From positions 1-12,602 of the forward strand of contig JAYZAC010000168.1 of NCBI GenBank assembly GCA_036339875.1: 12,602 nt of DNA. The letters run 5' to 3'. The notes under the pieces were generated by a model. The model was not told the DNA's origin and did not search any database. It saw nothing but the letters and a program-made list of their open reading frames with translations. This DNA comes from a bacterium. Its GTDB lineage: Bacteria; Muiribacteriota; UBA6191. Positions 1-8,424 of this stretch are shown here, piece after piece (within the stretch, counting starts at the first letter, position 1; each line of letters begins with the position of its first letter). The position numbers and the translations under genes are program-made.

Positions 1-444
1 GTTCTCTTCGACAATATCCATATCAAGTATGTCTCCCTTTTTTACACGCATCAATTGTAAATTCTTGAACCAATCTTCTAATTCTTTTTCATTCAAAGCA
101 TTAATGTTTTGGCGCCTTTCCTCATCTTCTATTATTAAAGAAACAAATCCATTGCCTACTGGTATGGGAGCAACTTGAGATGCTAGAGATAGCTTATGCC
201 AATCTTCTTCAAGATCATCCGTATCGTTATTGTCCATTAATAAACCCGCTCTAGCTATGTTTACACCTGCCTTTGCTAAATTAAGAGCTTGCATATGCTG
301 TGCTTGAGATCTAACGATGAATAGGTGATTCTGAGATCTGCGAAAAGAATTACTAGCTAACCCAACCAATAACGTTACAAGTAATAAACTGATTAAAAGC
401 CCAAAGCCTCTCTGACTTGAATATAATCTATTCGAAAATCTCAT
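1..444 (-). CDS. gspK: T2SS minor pseudopilin GspK, 3'-truncated by window edge
   Basis: Not in the ORF track; translated by hand from ATG at 444, which overlaps the gspJ stop (ATGA). Reads MRFSNRLYSSQRG/FGLLISLLLVTLLVGLA...QALNLAKAGVNIARAGLLMDNNDTDDLEEDW...PVGNGFVSLIIEDEERRQNINAL. It has a prepilin cleavage site without Glu+5 (typical of GspK) and the GspK-type QA..A.AG, D.L.E.W and I.DE...NIN motifs. The frame is open to position 1. Confidence 0.9.
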   Translation of the reverse strand, partial: MRFSNRLYSSQRGFGLLISLLLVTLLVGLASNSFRRSQNHLFIVRSQAQHMQALNLAKAGVNIARAGLLMDNNDTDDLEEDWHKLSLASQVAPIPVGNGFVSLIIEDEERRQNINALNEKELEDWFKNLQLMRVKKGDILDMDIVEEN

Positions 445-1169
445 AATCTCCTGTTATCAACAGCGTTAGGCAAAAGTACAACTACACGATGTTCTATAGA
501 TAAGTTTTCAATTTCTTTTTCATCAAGATCTTCAGTACTATTACCATCAGGAATTATTTTAAAGGTCACCCTTACAGCTCTGGGTAATTTTTTGACTTTA
601 ACACTATCCCACTTATCCTCCCATTTTTTCCCAAAATACTCGAATTTAACATCCGAAAGATCAACTTTAAGATCCTGAGTTTCGCCACCTTTATCTAAGC
701 GATCATCTGGAATTGGATCCTTTCGACGAGTCAATACTTTTGAACTTTTATCGAAAATATAACCAAGCTCGATAATATCTCCTAATTTAGAATCCTTACC
801 CTCCCTGAGTGGAATGAGCGATGTGAAATGTATCTCTCGATTACGACCTATAAGTCCAAAAACCATCTGTTCTTTAATAAAGCTTTTAAGTAGTTTACCT
901 TTCTTATCTTTTGGTATTGCCAAGGGGATTACTTCGGGTAAGTAAATTCCAGTCAATTCTCTTTCGAATATTTTTGAAATTATAAGCGCCTTGGAAGGTG
1001 TCTCAAAAACTCGGTCAACAATTTTCACTCCTTTGATGACTGTGAATATTGCGTTATATAGCAGTGACAGCATTATTGCCATTATCGTAAAAGCAAAGAG
1101 TAGTTCTATTAAGGTGAAACCACGGGGTTTATTTAATCTACTTAGAATCGTAAACTTTGTTAAACTCAT
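441..1169 (-). CDS. gspJ: T2SS minor pseudopilin GspJ
   Basis: Class III signal RG/FTLIELL followed by a hydrophobic helix. C-terminal F.YF...W.D.WDS.....LPRAVRVTF pattern is typical of GspJ. Lies between gspI and gspK with ATGA overlaps at both ends. Confidence 0.85.
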   Translation of the reverse strand: MSLTKFTILSRLNKPRGFTLIELLFAFTIMAIMLSLLYNAIFTVIKGVKIVDRVFETPSKALIISKIFERELTGIYLPEVIPLAIPKDKKGKLLKSFIKEQMVFGLIGRNREIHFTSLIPLREGKDSKLGDIIELGYIFDKSSKVLTRRKDPIPDDRLDKGGETQDLKVDLSDVKFEYFGKKWEDKWDSVKVKKLPRAVRVTFKIIPDGNSTEDLDEKEIENLSIEHRVVVLLPNAVDNRRL

Positions 1170-1660
1170 CGCTGTTCATCCTTGTATATGAATGAATGGG
1201 TCTCATAACGATAATCACGATTACCCGACTGCCATGTAATCATGATTTGTATTTTATACAAACGCTCTACATTCAAATCTTTTTTAACTCCCATATCAGT
1301 GGCAGAGTTTTTCTCCTCTTGAGGAACTATCATGATATCTTCAAATTTAACCTTCTCAATATCATACTCGTAACGATAATTTTCAAAATCATCAAATTTC
1401 CCATCCTCTTTACCCTCGGTTACTCTTTTTGGATCTAATTGAATTTCATTCAATAAATTTCGAGCTAATTGTATTGCACTTACCGTAGTTTTTGCCTGAG
1501 TCGACATTCGAGCGGACTGATTTAAATTAGGTAATACCGTTACTACAGCAGCTGAAATAATCAGTAATGAAACGGTTAACTCGAGTAAGGTAAAGCCTCT
1601 ATTTATTACAAGTTGGCCATGTCTTGCATCGGCACCAATATAGCTACCACAATGAAGCAC
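1166..1660 (-). CDS. gspI: T2SS minor pseudopilin GspI-like (start uncertain)
   Basis: Prepilin motif NRG/FTLLELTVSLLII, then an A..LA.N.L.EI helix, G.F....Y.Y and C-terminal LYKIQIMITW, a GspI-like pattern. The only canonical in-frame start is GTG at 1660, inside gspF; an alternative is ATA at 1606. Confidence 0.75.
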   Translation of the reverse strand: MLHCGSYIGADARHGQLVINRGFTLLELTVSLLIISAAVVTVLPNLNQSARMSTQAKTTVSAIQLARNLLNEIQLDPKRVTEGKEDGKFDDFENYRYEYDIEKVKFEDIMIVPQEEKNSATDMGVKKDLNVERLYKIQIMITWQSGNRDYRYETHSFIYKDEQR

Positions 1661-2820
1661 ACAAACCCCCCCATCACAAGTATAATCAATGGCTCAATAA
1701 TCGATGTCAAACCCAGAATTGTATTTTCTACTTCATTATCATAATCGGAAGCTACCGTTTCTAGCATCATTTCTAAATTACCCGATCGTTGCCCTGTATC
1801 TATCATTTTTATGACGATTGGTGGAAACACTCCGCTAGCTTGCAGTGGTTCTGCAATACTATTACCTTCACCTACATTTTCTGCTGCATTCGAGATTGCC
1901 TCTTTTAAGACAACATTGCCTACAACCTCTTTAACGATTGACATGGATTTAAGAATATCCACCCCCGAGCGCAATAAAACTGCAAATGTAGAAGCAAATC
2001 TTGAAATTGCTATCTTTTGAAATAAGGTACCCAGTAGCGGTAATTTTAATAAGAAACCGTCTATTCGGTAGCGGCCATTCTTAGTTCGGTAATATTGCTT
2101 AATAAGCACTGAAAGAATAAATAAGATTACAATCAGTAGCCACCACCAATTAGATAGGAAATTTGAACTTTTTATAAGTATCGCGGTTGCTGTTGGTAAT
2201 TCCTTACCCTGCTGCAATAGCACCGAGGTGATATTAGGAACCACCTGAGTCATTAATACAATAATTACCCCTACTGAAGCTATTATCATTACGGCAGGGT
2301 AGGTCAAAGTAGCTAACATTTTATTTTTGAGCTTGGACTGATCCTCTAGATATAAGGCGAGCTTCGAAAGAATAGAAGGTAACTCTCCAGAGGCTTCTCC
2401 AGCCCTCACTAATGATCTAAAAGTTTCATCGAAGATATATGGATATTTATTCAATGCTTCATAAAGGGTTTTACCTTCCTTAACGGCACGATCAACATCT
2501 AAAATTGCGCTATGAAATCCAGAATGATTAATTTGCTCACTGATAGCAGCTAAAGCGCCATCAAGAGTAAACCCTGAACGCAAGAGTGTACCTAATTGGC
2601 GAGTAAAAAAGACTAGGTCTTTTCCCGGAACTTTTATTGAAGAGATTTCAGAGACTCTAAAAAAGTTAAACTTAATCTTTCCCGTGTCTATACCCATTTT
2701 TATAATAAAATGGCCACGATCTTTAGCCTGCTTTCTGGCTAGAGACTCCGAGCTTGCTTGAATTTCTGAACGAATCTTCTTGCCATTACGATCAAGCGCT
2801 GTGTAGTGAAAATTAGGCAT
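1606..2820 (-). CDS. gspF: T2SS inner-membrane platform protein GspF
   Basis: MPNFHYTALDRNGK start, FTRQLGTLLRSG, GEASGEL, LTYP, RFASTFAVLLRSGV and G..SGNLE..L...IEP motifs of the GspF/PilC family, with three hydrophobic segments. Confidence 0.95.
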   Translation of the reverse strand: MPNFHYTALDRNGKKIRSEIQASSESLARKQAKDRGHFIIKMGIDTGKIKFNFFRVSEISSIKVPGKDLVFFTRQLGTLLRSGFTLDGALAAISEQINHSGFHSAILDVDRAVKEGKTLYEALNKYPYIFDETFRSLVRAGEASGELPSILSKLALYLEDQSKLKNKMLATLTYPAVMIIASVGVIIVLMTQVVPNITSVLLQQGKELPTATAILIKSSNFLSNWWWLLIVILFILSVLIKQYYRTKNGRYRIDGFLLKLPLLGTLFQKIAISRFASTFAVLLRSGVDILKSMSIVKEVVGNVVLKEAISNAAENVGEGNSIAEPLQASGVFPPIVIKMIDTGQRSGNLEMMLETVASDYDNEVENTILGLTSIIEPLIILVMGGFVCFIVVAILVPMQDMANL

Positions 2821-2822
2821 AA

Positions 2823-4526
2823 CTAAGCTACCCTTAGAACCTCAGCAACTGTCGTAATACCTTCCTTAATACGTCGAATACCGTCATCTCGTAACAAAAG
2901 ACCGGCTTTTCTTTTTATGAAATAGTTTCTGCGGATCTCAGCCGAACTAGCTCTCTGACCAATAAGATTTTGAACCTCTTCATCAATCTCTAGAAATTCG
3001 AAAATACCACGACGGCCTTTATAGCCGATGTGATTGCAGCGCATACAACCTTTACCCCGAACATACTTATCCTCTTCAGATAATCCCAAAGTTTGCAAGC
3101 CGATAATATCTGGCGAATATTCGATTTTGCAGTAATTACAGTTTAGACGCACCAAACGTTGAGCGAGTACACCAATTAGGGAAGAACTAATCAGATAGGG
3201 CTCTACCCCCATATCAAGTAAACGAGTAATAGAGCCCGCAGTATCATTAGTATGTAAAGTGGATAAAACTAAATGACCTGTCTGAGAACCCTGCACTGCT
3301 ATTTCGGCGGTTTCTCGATCTCTTATCTCACCAACCATTACAATATCTGGATCCTGTCGCAAAATAGATCTCAGTCCTGCTGCAAAAGTAAAATCAATCT
3401 TAGGCTTTACTTGAATCTGAGATATTCCCTCAATTTGAATCTCAACTGGGTCCTCTATTGTAATAATATTCTTTTCTCGAGATTTGATTGTATTTAATAC
3501 AGAATATAGTGTGGTTGATTTTCCAGAGCCTGTAGGACCAGTAACTAGTAATATGCCATTGGGCCTTGTGTACTGCTTTTGAAAAGCATCGTCAATATCC
3601 TTCGGAAAGCCAATATTTGTTACATCCAATAAATCTGCTCGCGTATCTAATAACCTCATTACAATTCGCTCACCATGACTCGTAGGCAAAACCGAAATTC
3701 TTAAATCTACAACTTTTTCTCCCAGAGAAATTTTAAGTCGCCCATCTTGCGGCAAACGAGTCTCTGCAATATCTAAACTTGCCATGATTTTTACTCTGGA
3801 AGCGATAGCACGTTGAACAACTTTAGGAGGTGATGGCGTATCATACAAAACGCCATCGATTCGATAACGAATCTTAATATCTTTTTCATATGGTTCAATA
3901 TGAATATCTGAGGCTCCGTCGTTTACAGCATGGTAAATAATCGAGTTAACAAACCTAATTACTGGAGCCTTATTAGCCATATCCAGAAGGTCTTCAGCGC
4001 CCTCAAAATCCTCTAAATTAATTGTATAATCAGCCTCTTCTAAGTCTTTAATTACCTGAGAGGTAAGATCTTTCTGAGAACCATAACATTCATTTATTGC
4101 TAATTCGATCTCTTCCTGACTTGTCAGTACGGGCTTAATCGTCAAACCAAGTAACTGCCTAAGATCATCTAATAGATGAACTTTAAGAGGGTCATTAATC
4201 GCTACAACGAGTTCATCCATTGAGGTATAGCAGGGGCAGAATTGATGCTGTTTTGCAAAATCTATTGGTAATTTACCCATCATTGAAGCGTCGTTATCAA
4301 GACGATCTATTTTTTTTACGTATGGAATATCGTACTGTTCTGAGAGACCCTCGAGCAATTGCTCCTCATTGATAATCTGATCCTGAATGAGGATTTCACC
4401 TAATCTTCGAGACCCATCTTCGGAGTCCTGCTTATCAAGAGCCATCTGAAGTTGTTGCTCATCTATGTATCCTTTTTGTAAAAGAATTTGACCGATAAGA
4501 TCTCGACTACCAAATAAGTCCATCAT
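2823..4526 (-). CDS. gspE: T2SS assembly ATPase GspE with MshEN-like N-terminus
   Basis: ASDIHIEP, RLPQDGR, Walker A GPTGSGKSTT, TIEDPVE, LRQDPDIVMVGEIRD, His box GHLVLSTLHTN and a tetracysteine motif CNYC...CMRC. Confidence 0.96.
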   Translation of the reverse strand: MMDLFGSRDLIGQILLQKGYIDEQQLQMALDKQDSEDGSRRLGEILIQDQIINEEQLLEGLSEQYDIPYVKKIDRLDNDASMMGKLPIDFAKQHQFCPCYTSMDELVVAINDPLKVHLLDDLRQLLGLTIKPVLTSQEEIELAINECYGSQKDLTSQVIKDLEEADYTINLEDFEGAEDLLDMANKAPVIRFVNSIIYHAVNDGASDIHIEPYEKDIKIRYRIDGVLYDTPSPPKVVQRAIASRVKIMASLDIAETRLPQDGRLKISLGEKVVDLRISVLPTSHGERIVMRLLDTRADLLDVTNIGFPKDIDDAFQKQYTRPNGILLVTGPTGSGKSTTLYSVLNTIKSREKNIITIEDPVEIQIEGISQIQVKPKIDFTFAAGLRSILRQDPDIVMVGEIRDRETAEIAVQGSQTGHLVLSTLHTNDTAGSITRLLDMGVEPYLISSSLIGVLAQRLVRLNCNYCKIEYSPDIIGLQTLGLSEEDKYVRGKGCMRCNHIGYKGRRGIFEFLEIDEEVQNLIGQRASSAEIRRNYFIKRKAGLLLRDDGIRRIKEGITTVAEVLRVA

Positions 4527-4531
4527 TTTAA

Positions 4532-4536
4532 ACCTC
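4532..4536 (-). promoter_or_regulatory. Shine-Dalgarno-like site (GAGGT) for gspE, overlapping the gspD stop codon
   Basis: Minus strand reads AACTGAGGTTTAAA-ATG. Confidence 0.6.
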
Positions 4537-7500
4537 AGTTCCTTGACAAGTTTTTCTCTAGCTTCTCAACTAACTGATTAAATTCCTCATCTTTCTCACG
4601 CGCAACTTTCTCTACCTCCAACAAACGTTCAGAATGATAGCTTGTTCGGTTAGAAATACTCTGCTCAAGATTTCCAACTAGCTGATCAAAAGATTCCTGA
4701 GGTTTAATCTTTTTCTTTACACTTTTTCTTGCCGGATATAATAAATTCCGATTCCTAGTCGCCTTTAGATGCGCCGTCTGACGTTGATTCCTAACCTTCA
4801 CCATTAACGAATCAAATTTATCGTCGCCTGTATCGCTAACCTTAGATTTTGAATCATCCACTTTACTCAATTTTTGACGCATATTCTTCAGAGCTACTTT
4901 TACATTCTTAATCCCTAAGCCGAGCTCATTTTTATCGGACTTAGAATTGCCTTCCTTATCAGAAACTTCAGACTCGGTAATAGCAGCTAATAGTGGCGGT
5001 CTATTTTTTTGATCCGTTACATTGAAATCAGCGGTTTTATGGTGATTCGAGACTACTTTTAAGACATCAGTCTTAGCATTACTGACCGACTTCCTAGACT
5101 CTTTATTAATTTTTTTACTTTCTTGATTACTTTTGTTTGAATCTGATCTAGCTATCTTTGTAGAAACCACCTTCGGCTGTGGTCCATTTTTTTCAGTTTT
5201 AACTGCCGCGATCTTCTCTAATTTTTTTTGAGATTTTAAGATAGGAGCAATTTCAGGCACTAGGGCAACCTTTTGTTTTGATTTTCTACGCCCAATATCT
5301 CGAGTTAACTTTTTAATCTTCTTGCGAATAGAGTTTATAAAACTAGGTCTACTTTTCTTTCGCTCGCTCTTATTCTTAGCAATCTTAATTTCAGAGGTAG
5401 CCGATTCTTTCTCTGCGACTGCAGAAGTCTTTTTTCCATTCGATATATCCTGATCTTCACTTTGAGGGATCTCCGCAGATTTCTTGGATTCTAGAGACTT
5501 CTTCACGACCTTCGAGACTTCTATTTTTTTCAGTAATTTTTCTGGCTTTTTCAACTTAATTAATTCAACGTTTTTCTTTGCTTTATCCGACTTATCTATT
5601 TTTTGTGAAACATTCGAAACCACTGATTTGTTCATATTAGATACGGATTTTTGCGACTTATCTATTTTTGGTGAAACATTCGAAATCACTGATTTGTTTG
5701 TATGAGATATGGATTTTTCCGACTTATCTGTTTTTTGTGGAACATTCGAAACCACTGATTTGTTTGTATGAGCTACGGATTTTTGCGACTTATCTGTTTT
5801 TTGTAGAACATTCGAAACCACTGATTTGTCTGTATTTAATACAGATTTCTGGGACGTATCTAACTTTTTTGACTCTACCAAATTAGCAATTTTCGAGCCC
5901 ATTGTAGCTTCTTGTGTATCCACTGATAATTGTAATGAGGTATTTTGAGACTGTTTCAATTTTGCTGAAACAGACGGTTTATTCACCTCTTCAGAATTCA
6001 AATCTATCATCTGTATGAATTTAGCTGTTTCCGTCGCACTAATTTTATTTGGATTAGCATCAACTTTACTTTTATCTAATTTCTTTAATTCAGACTTTTC
6101 TTGCGTATCGGAAACATCCACATCCTTAATTGAATTTGATCTTTCCATTTCTTTTTTCTGCTCAAGTTTTGGAGATGAAGATCCTTCCGTTTTTTGACTT
6201 TCAGTCTTTTTTGAAACCGGTTTTTCTGAAATTTCACTTTCCAATGATTCAGATACTCCATCCACGCTTATTCTATCAACCTTAATAGGTTTAATTAGTT
6301 TCTCATCGTCCTCAATCGCAGCGATAATACCTTGACCTTCCTTGTAGGAAAGAGGATTAAATTCAGTCTTATTCATAGATGAGTTCATACTAGTATTAAT
6401 TCGCTTTGTAATATGTTGTAACTCTTCCTCATCGCTTAGAACATATGGAGTCAAGAATACAAATAAATTAGTTTTTTGATTTCTACGCTCCTTATTGCGA
6501 AATAATTTACCAAGTAGAGGAAGCCTTGAAAGTAATGGTATCTTTTCAACGGTATGATCCTTTTGGTCTCTCATCAAACCTCCAATTACCACAGTATCTC
6601 CGTCACGAGTATTAACAGTAGTATCAATACTTCTGCGAGTAATAATTGGAACTTGAAATTCAAATAAAGCATCTGAACTTCGCGCTTTAATTTCAAGCTT
6701 TACGTCTAAACTTATTGTCTCTTTTTGAGTAATACGCGGTTTGATATTTAAATCAAGCCCAACATCTTCAAATCTGAAGTTACTGATAGTCTGATTACCA
6801 GTATTCAAAGCTGTATTTACGCCAGTGGGTAAAGGGACTACTTCACCAACGACAATTTTTGCTTCCTCGTTATCCATTGTCAGTATTTGAGGTGCAGATA
6901 AAACATTAGCCTGATTCGAATTCTTAAATGCTCTCAGTAATGCCTTAATTTTCTGGTTGGCTGCTAAATCTGCTAATTCTGCATCATTTTCAACAACACC
7001 AAAATTTAGCCCTAAGCCTGGAGTAACTCCCATGTTAGTTACGGCACCAAAAGCGTTATTATCGCCGACATTACCACCAAAAGCTGATAAATTAACACCC
7101 AAAGATTTAACATAGCTCATCTGAACTTCAACGATGACTGCTTCGACTAATACCTGCGCTCTGAAAATATCAAGTTTTTTAAGAATCGCTACTACTTCAT
7201 CAAATTGAGCTTTTGAACCTGTGATTACGAGAGCATTAGTTGATTCATCGGGTACAATACTTACTGGCTTTTTCTGCTTACTTTTTTTCTTATCAAATAA
7301 CTTAGTTAGTATATCTGCCATATCCTTTGCATCGGAATGTTCAAGATAATAAACCCGTACATCGCCATCCGCAGCGGCGCCCTTCATATCAAGTTTACTC
7401 GCCATATCTAGAACTGCTCTGATCATGCGATCTGAAGGCGAAATTACCAAAATTGAATTAAGTCGTTCATCAGGTAACATCTTCAATGAATCTTTAGGAA

Positions 7501-8422
7501 ATAATTCGGTCAACTGTTTAGATAAAGCTTCCGGCTCAGCGTACTGAACTTTGTAAACTTGAACCTGCTTGATATTCCCAAGTTCCTGATCAAGAATTCT
7601 TGCCGTCTCTCGAATTTGAGCTATATATTTATTGTGACAAATCACGATAATCTTATTTGTGCGATCATCAGCAATAAAATTGATTTTATCTTGTTCAGCC
7701 TCTACCACATTGGGACTACCCTTTAGGACAAGATTTTTAACAAATATTGCCTTTAACTGATTAATCATTTTAGCTGCAGTGGTATTTTCTAAATGAACTA
7801 CATACATTTCTAGCAGTGAATCTGGTACGTCCATTTTATCTATTAATTCGCTCATTCGTTTTAAGCTGAATGTTGTATCGATTACTTGCAGCATCATCTC
7901 CTGAGGATGCGGAATAATCTGACCATTTTTTCCTAAAATAGTTTGTAGGATCGTCTGCATTTTACGGACTCCGATGTATTCCACCTTGAAAAAACGCATT
8001 TGCAAATTAGCCGTATTAATTTTATCCACGCCAGCTTTACCAATTTTGACATCAATACCATATTGCTTAGCAAATCTTGTTGGAACAACATATTTAGCCA
8101 AGCCGTGCTTCATGATCGTGAAATTATTAAAAATAAGAGCCTCTTCCAGAATTATTACGGCTTCTCTTCGAGTGACAGGCTTATTAGCCATTATGCTAAT
8201 TTTAGCCTTCGCAGTAGGGTCCTTCAGATAATGTTCACCTGAAAATTTGGCTAAATACTGAATAATTACATCAATATCAACATTTTTAAGATTTAATTGT
8301 ACCTTGTCACCACGATCAATGATTTGACTCTTGCTATTGTTGGTTTTACTGTGAACTGTGCTTAGCATCAAAACGCTAAGTACCAGAGTAGCAAACCATC
8401 CAAAAATTTTTCTGCCGTACAT
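4535..8422 (-). CDS. gspD: T2SS outer-membrane secretin GspD with a very long C-terminal extension
   Basis: Cys-free signal peptide (...LSTVHS), N0 domain (LNLKNVDI...DP..KAKISI), and four KH-like N repeats. Secretin domain from QVLVEAVIVEV through NVLSAPQILTMDNEEAKIVVG, DVGLDLNIKPRI, GDTVVIGGL and KIPLLSRLPLLGKLFR to LFVFLTPYVL, ending near aa 662. About 630 aa of low-complexity tail follow. SD-like GAGGA lies 7 nt upstream. Confidence 0.95.
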   Translation of the reverse strand: MYGRKIFGWFATLVLSVLMLSTVHSKTNNSKSQIIDRGDKVQLNLKNVDIDVIIQYLAKFSGEHYLKDPTAKAKISIMANKPVTRREAVIILEEALIFNNFTIMKHGLAKYVVPTRFAKQYGIDVKIGKAGVDKINTANLQMRFFKVEYIGVRKMQTILQTILGKNGQIIPHPQEMMLQVIDTTFSLKRMSELIDKMDVPDSLLEMYVVHLENTTAAKMINQLKAIFVKNLVLKGSPNVVEAEQDKINFIADDRTNKIIVICHNKYIAQIRETARILDQELGNIKQVQVYKVQYAEPEALSKQLTELFPKDSLKMLPDERLNSILVISPSDRMIRAVLDMASKLDMKGAAADGDVRVYYLEHSDAKDMADILTKLFDKKKSKQKKPVSIVPDESTNALVITGSKAQFDEVVAILKKLDIFRAQVLVEAVIVEVQMSYVKSLGVNLSAFGGNVGDNNAFGAVTNMGVTPGLGLNFGVVENDAELADLAANQKIKALLRAFKNSNQANVLSAPQILTMDNEEAKIVVGEVVPLPTGVNTALNTGNQTISNFRFEDVGLDLNIKPRITQKETISLDVKLEIKARSSDALFEFQVPIITRRSIDTTVNTRDGDTVVIGGLMRDQKDHTVEKIPLLSRLPLLGKLFRNKERRNQKTNLFVFLTPYVLSDEEELQHITKRINTSMNSSMNKTEFNPLSYKEGQGIIAAIEDDEKLIKPIKVDRISVDGVSESLESEISEKPVSKKTESQKTEGSSSPKLEQKKEMERSNSIKDVDVSDTQEKSELKKLDKSKVDANPNKISATETAKFIQMIDLNSEEVNKPSVSAKLKQSQNTSLQLSVDTQEATMGSKIANLVESKKLDTSQKSVLNTDKSVVSNVLQKTDKSQKSVAHTNKSVVSNVPQKTDKSEKSISHTNKSVISNVSPKIDKSQKSVSNMNKSVVSNVSQKIDKSDKAKKNVELIKLKKPEKLLKKIEVSKVVKKSLESKKSAEIPQSEDQDISNGKKTSAVAEKESATSEIKIAKNKSERKKSRPSFINSIRKKIKKLTRDIGRRKSKQKVALVPEIAPILKSQKKLEKIAAVKTEKNGPQPKVVSTKIARSDSNKSNQESKKINKESRKSVSNAKTDVLKVVSNHHKTADFNVTDQKNRPPLLAAITESEVSDKEGNSKSDKNELGLGIKNVKVALKNMRQKLSKVDDSKSKVSDTGDDKFDSLMVKVRNQRQTAHLKATRNRNLLYPARKSVKKKIKPQESFDQLVGNLEQSISNRTSYHSERLLEVEKVAREKDEEFNQLVEKLEKNLSRN
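5588..5870. repeat. In-frame 66-bp tandem repeat (~4.3 copies) encoding a 22-aa Ser/Lys-rich unit in the GspD tail
   Basis: The core cattcgaaa(c/t)cactgatttg recurs at 5611, 5677, 5743 and 5809 (period 66). Protein unit is approximately QKTDKSQKSVSHTNKSVVSNVS. Confidence 0.95.
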
Positions 8423-8424
8423 GA

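Noticed and set aside
1663..1674. Programmed -1 frameshift at ATG GGG GGG TTT fusing GspF to GspI
   Set aside because: The frames would permit it, but the run encodes an ordinary MGG in the last GspF TM segment, no stimulatory structure is evident, and the fusion would disrupt that helix.
4310..4317. Homopolymer tract (A8 on the coding strand) in gspE as a phase-variation site
   Set aside because: The ORF is intact and such runs are frequent in this AT-rich, Lys-rich sequence.
5588..5870. CRISPR array interpretation of the regularly spaced repeats
   Set aside because: Whole 66-bp units are similar with no unique spacers, they are in frame within gspD, and no cas genes are present in the window.
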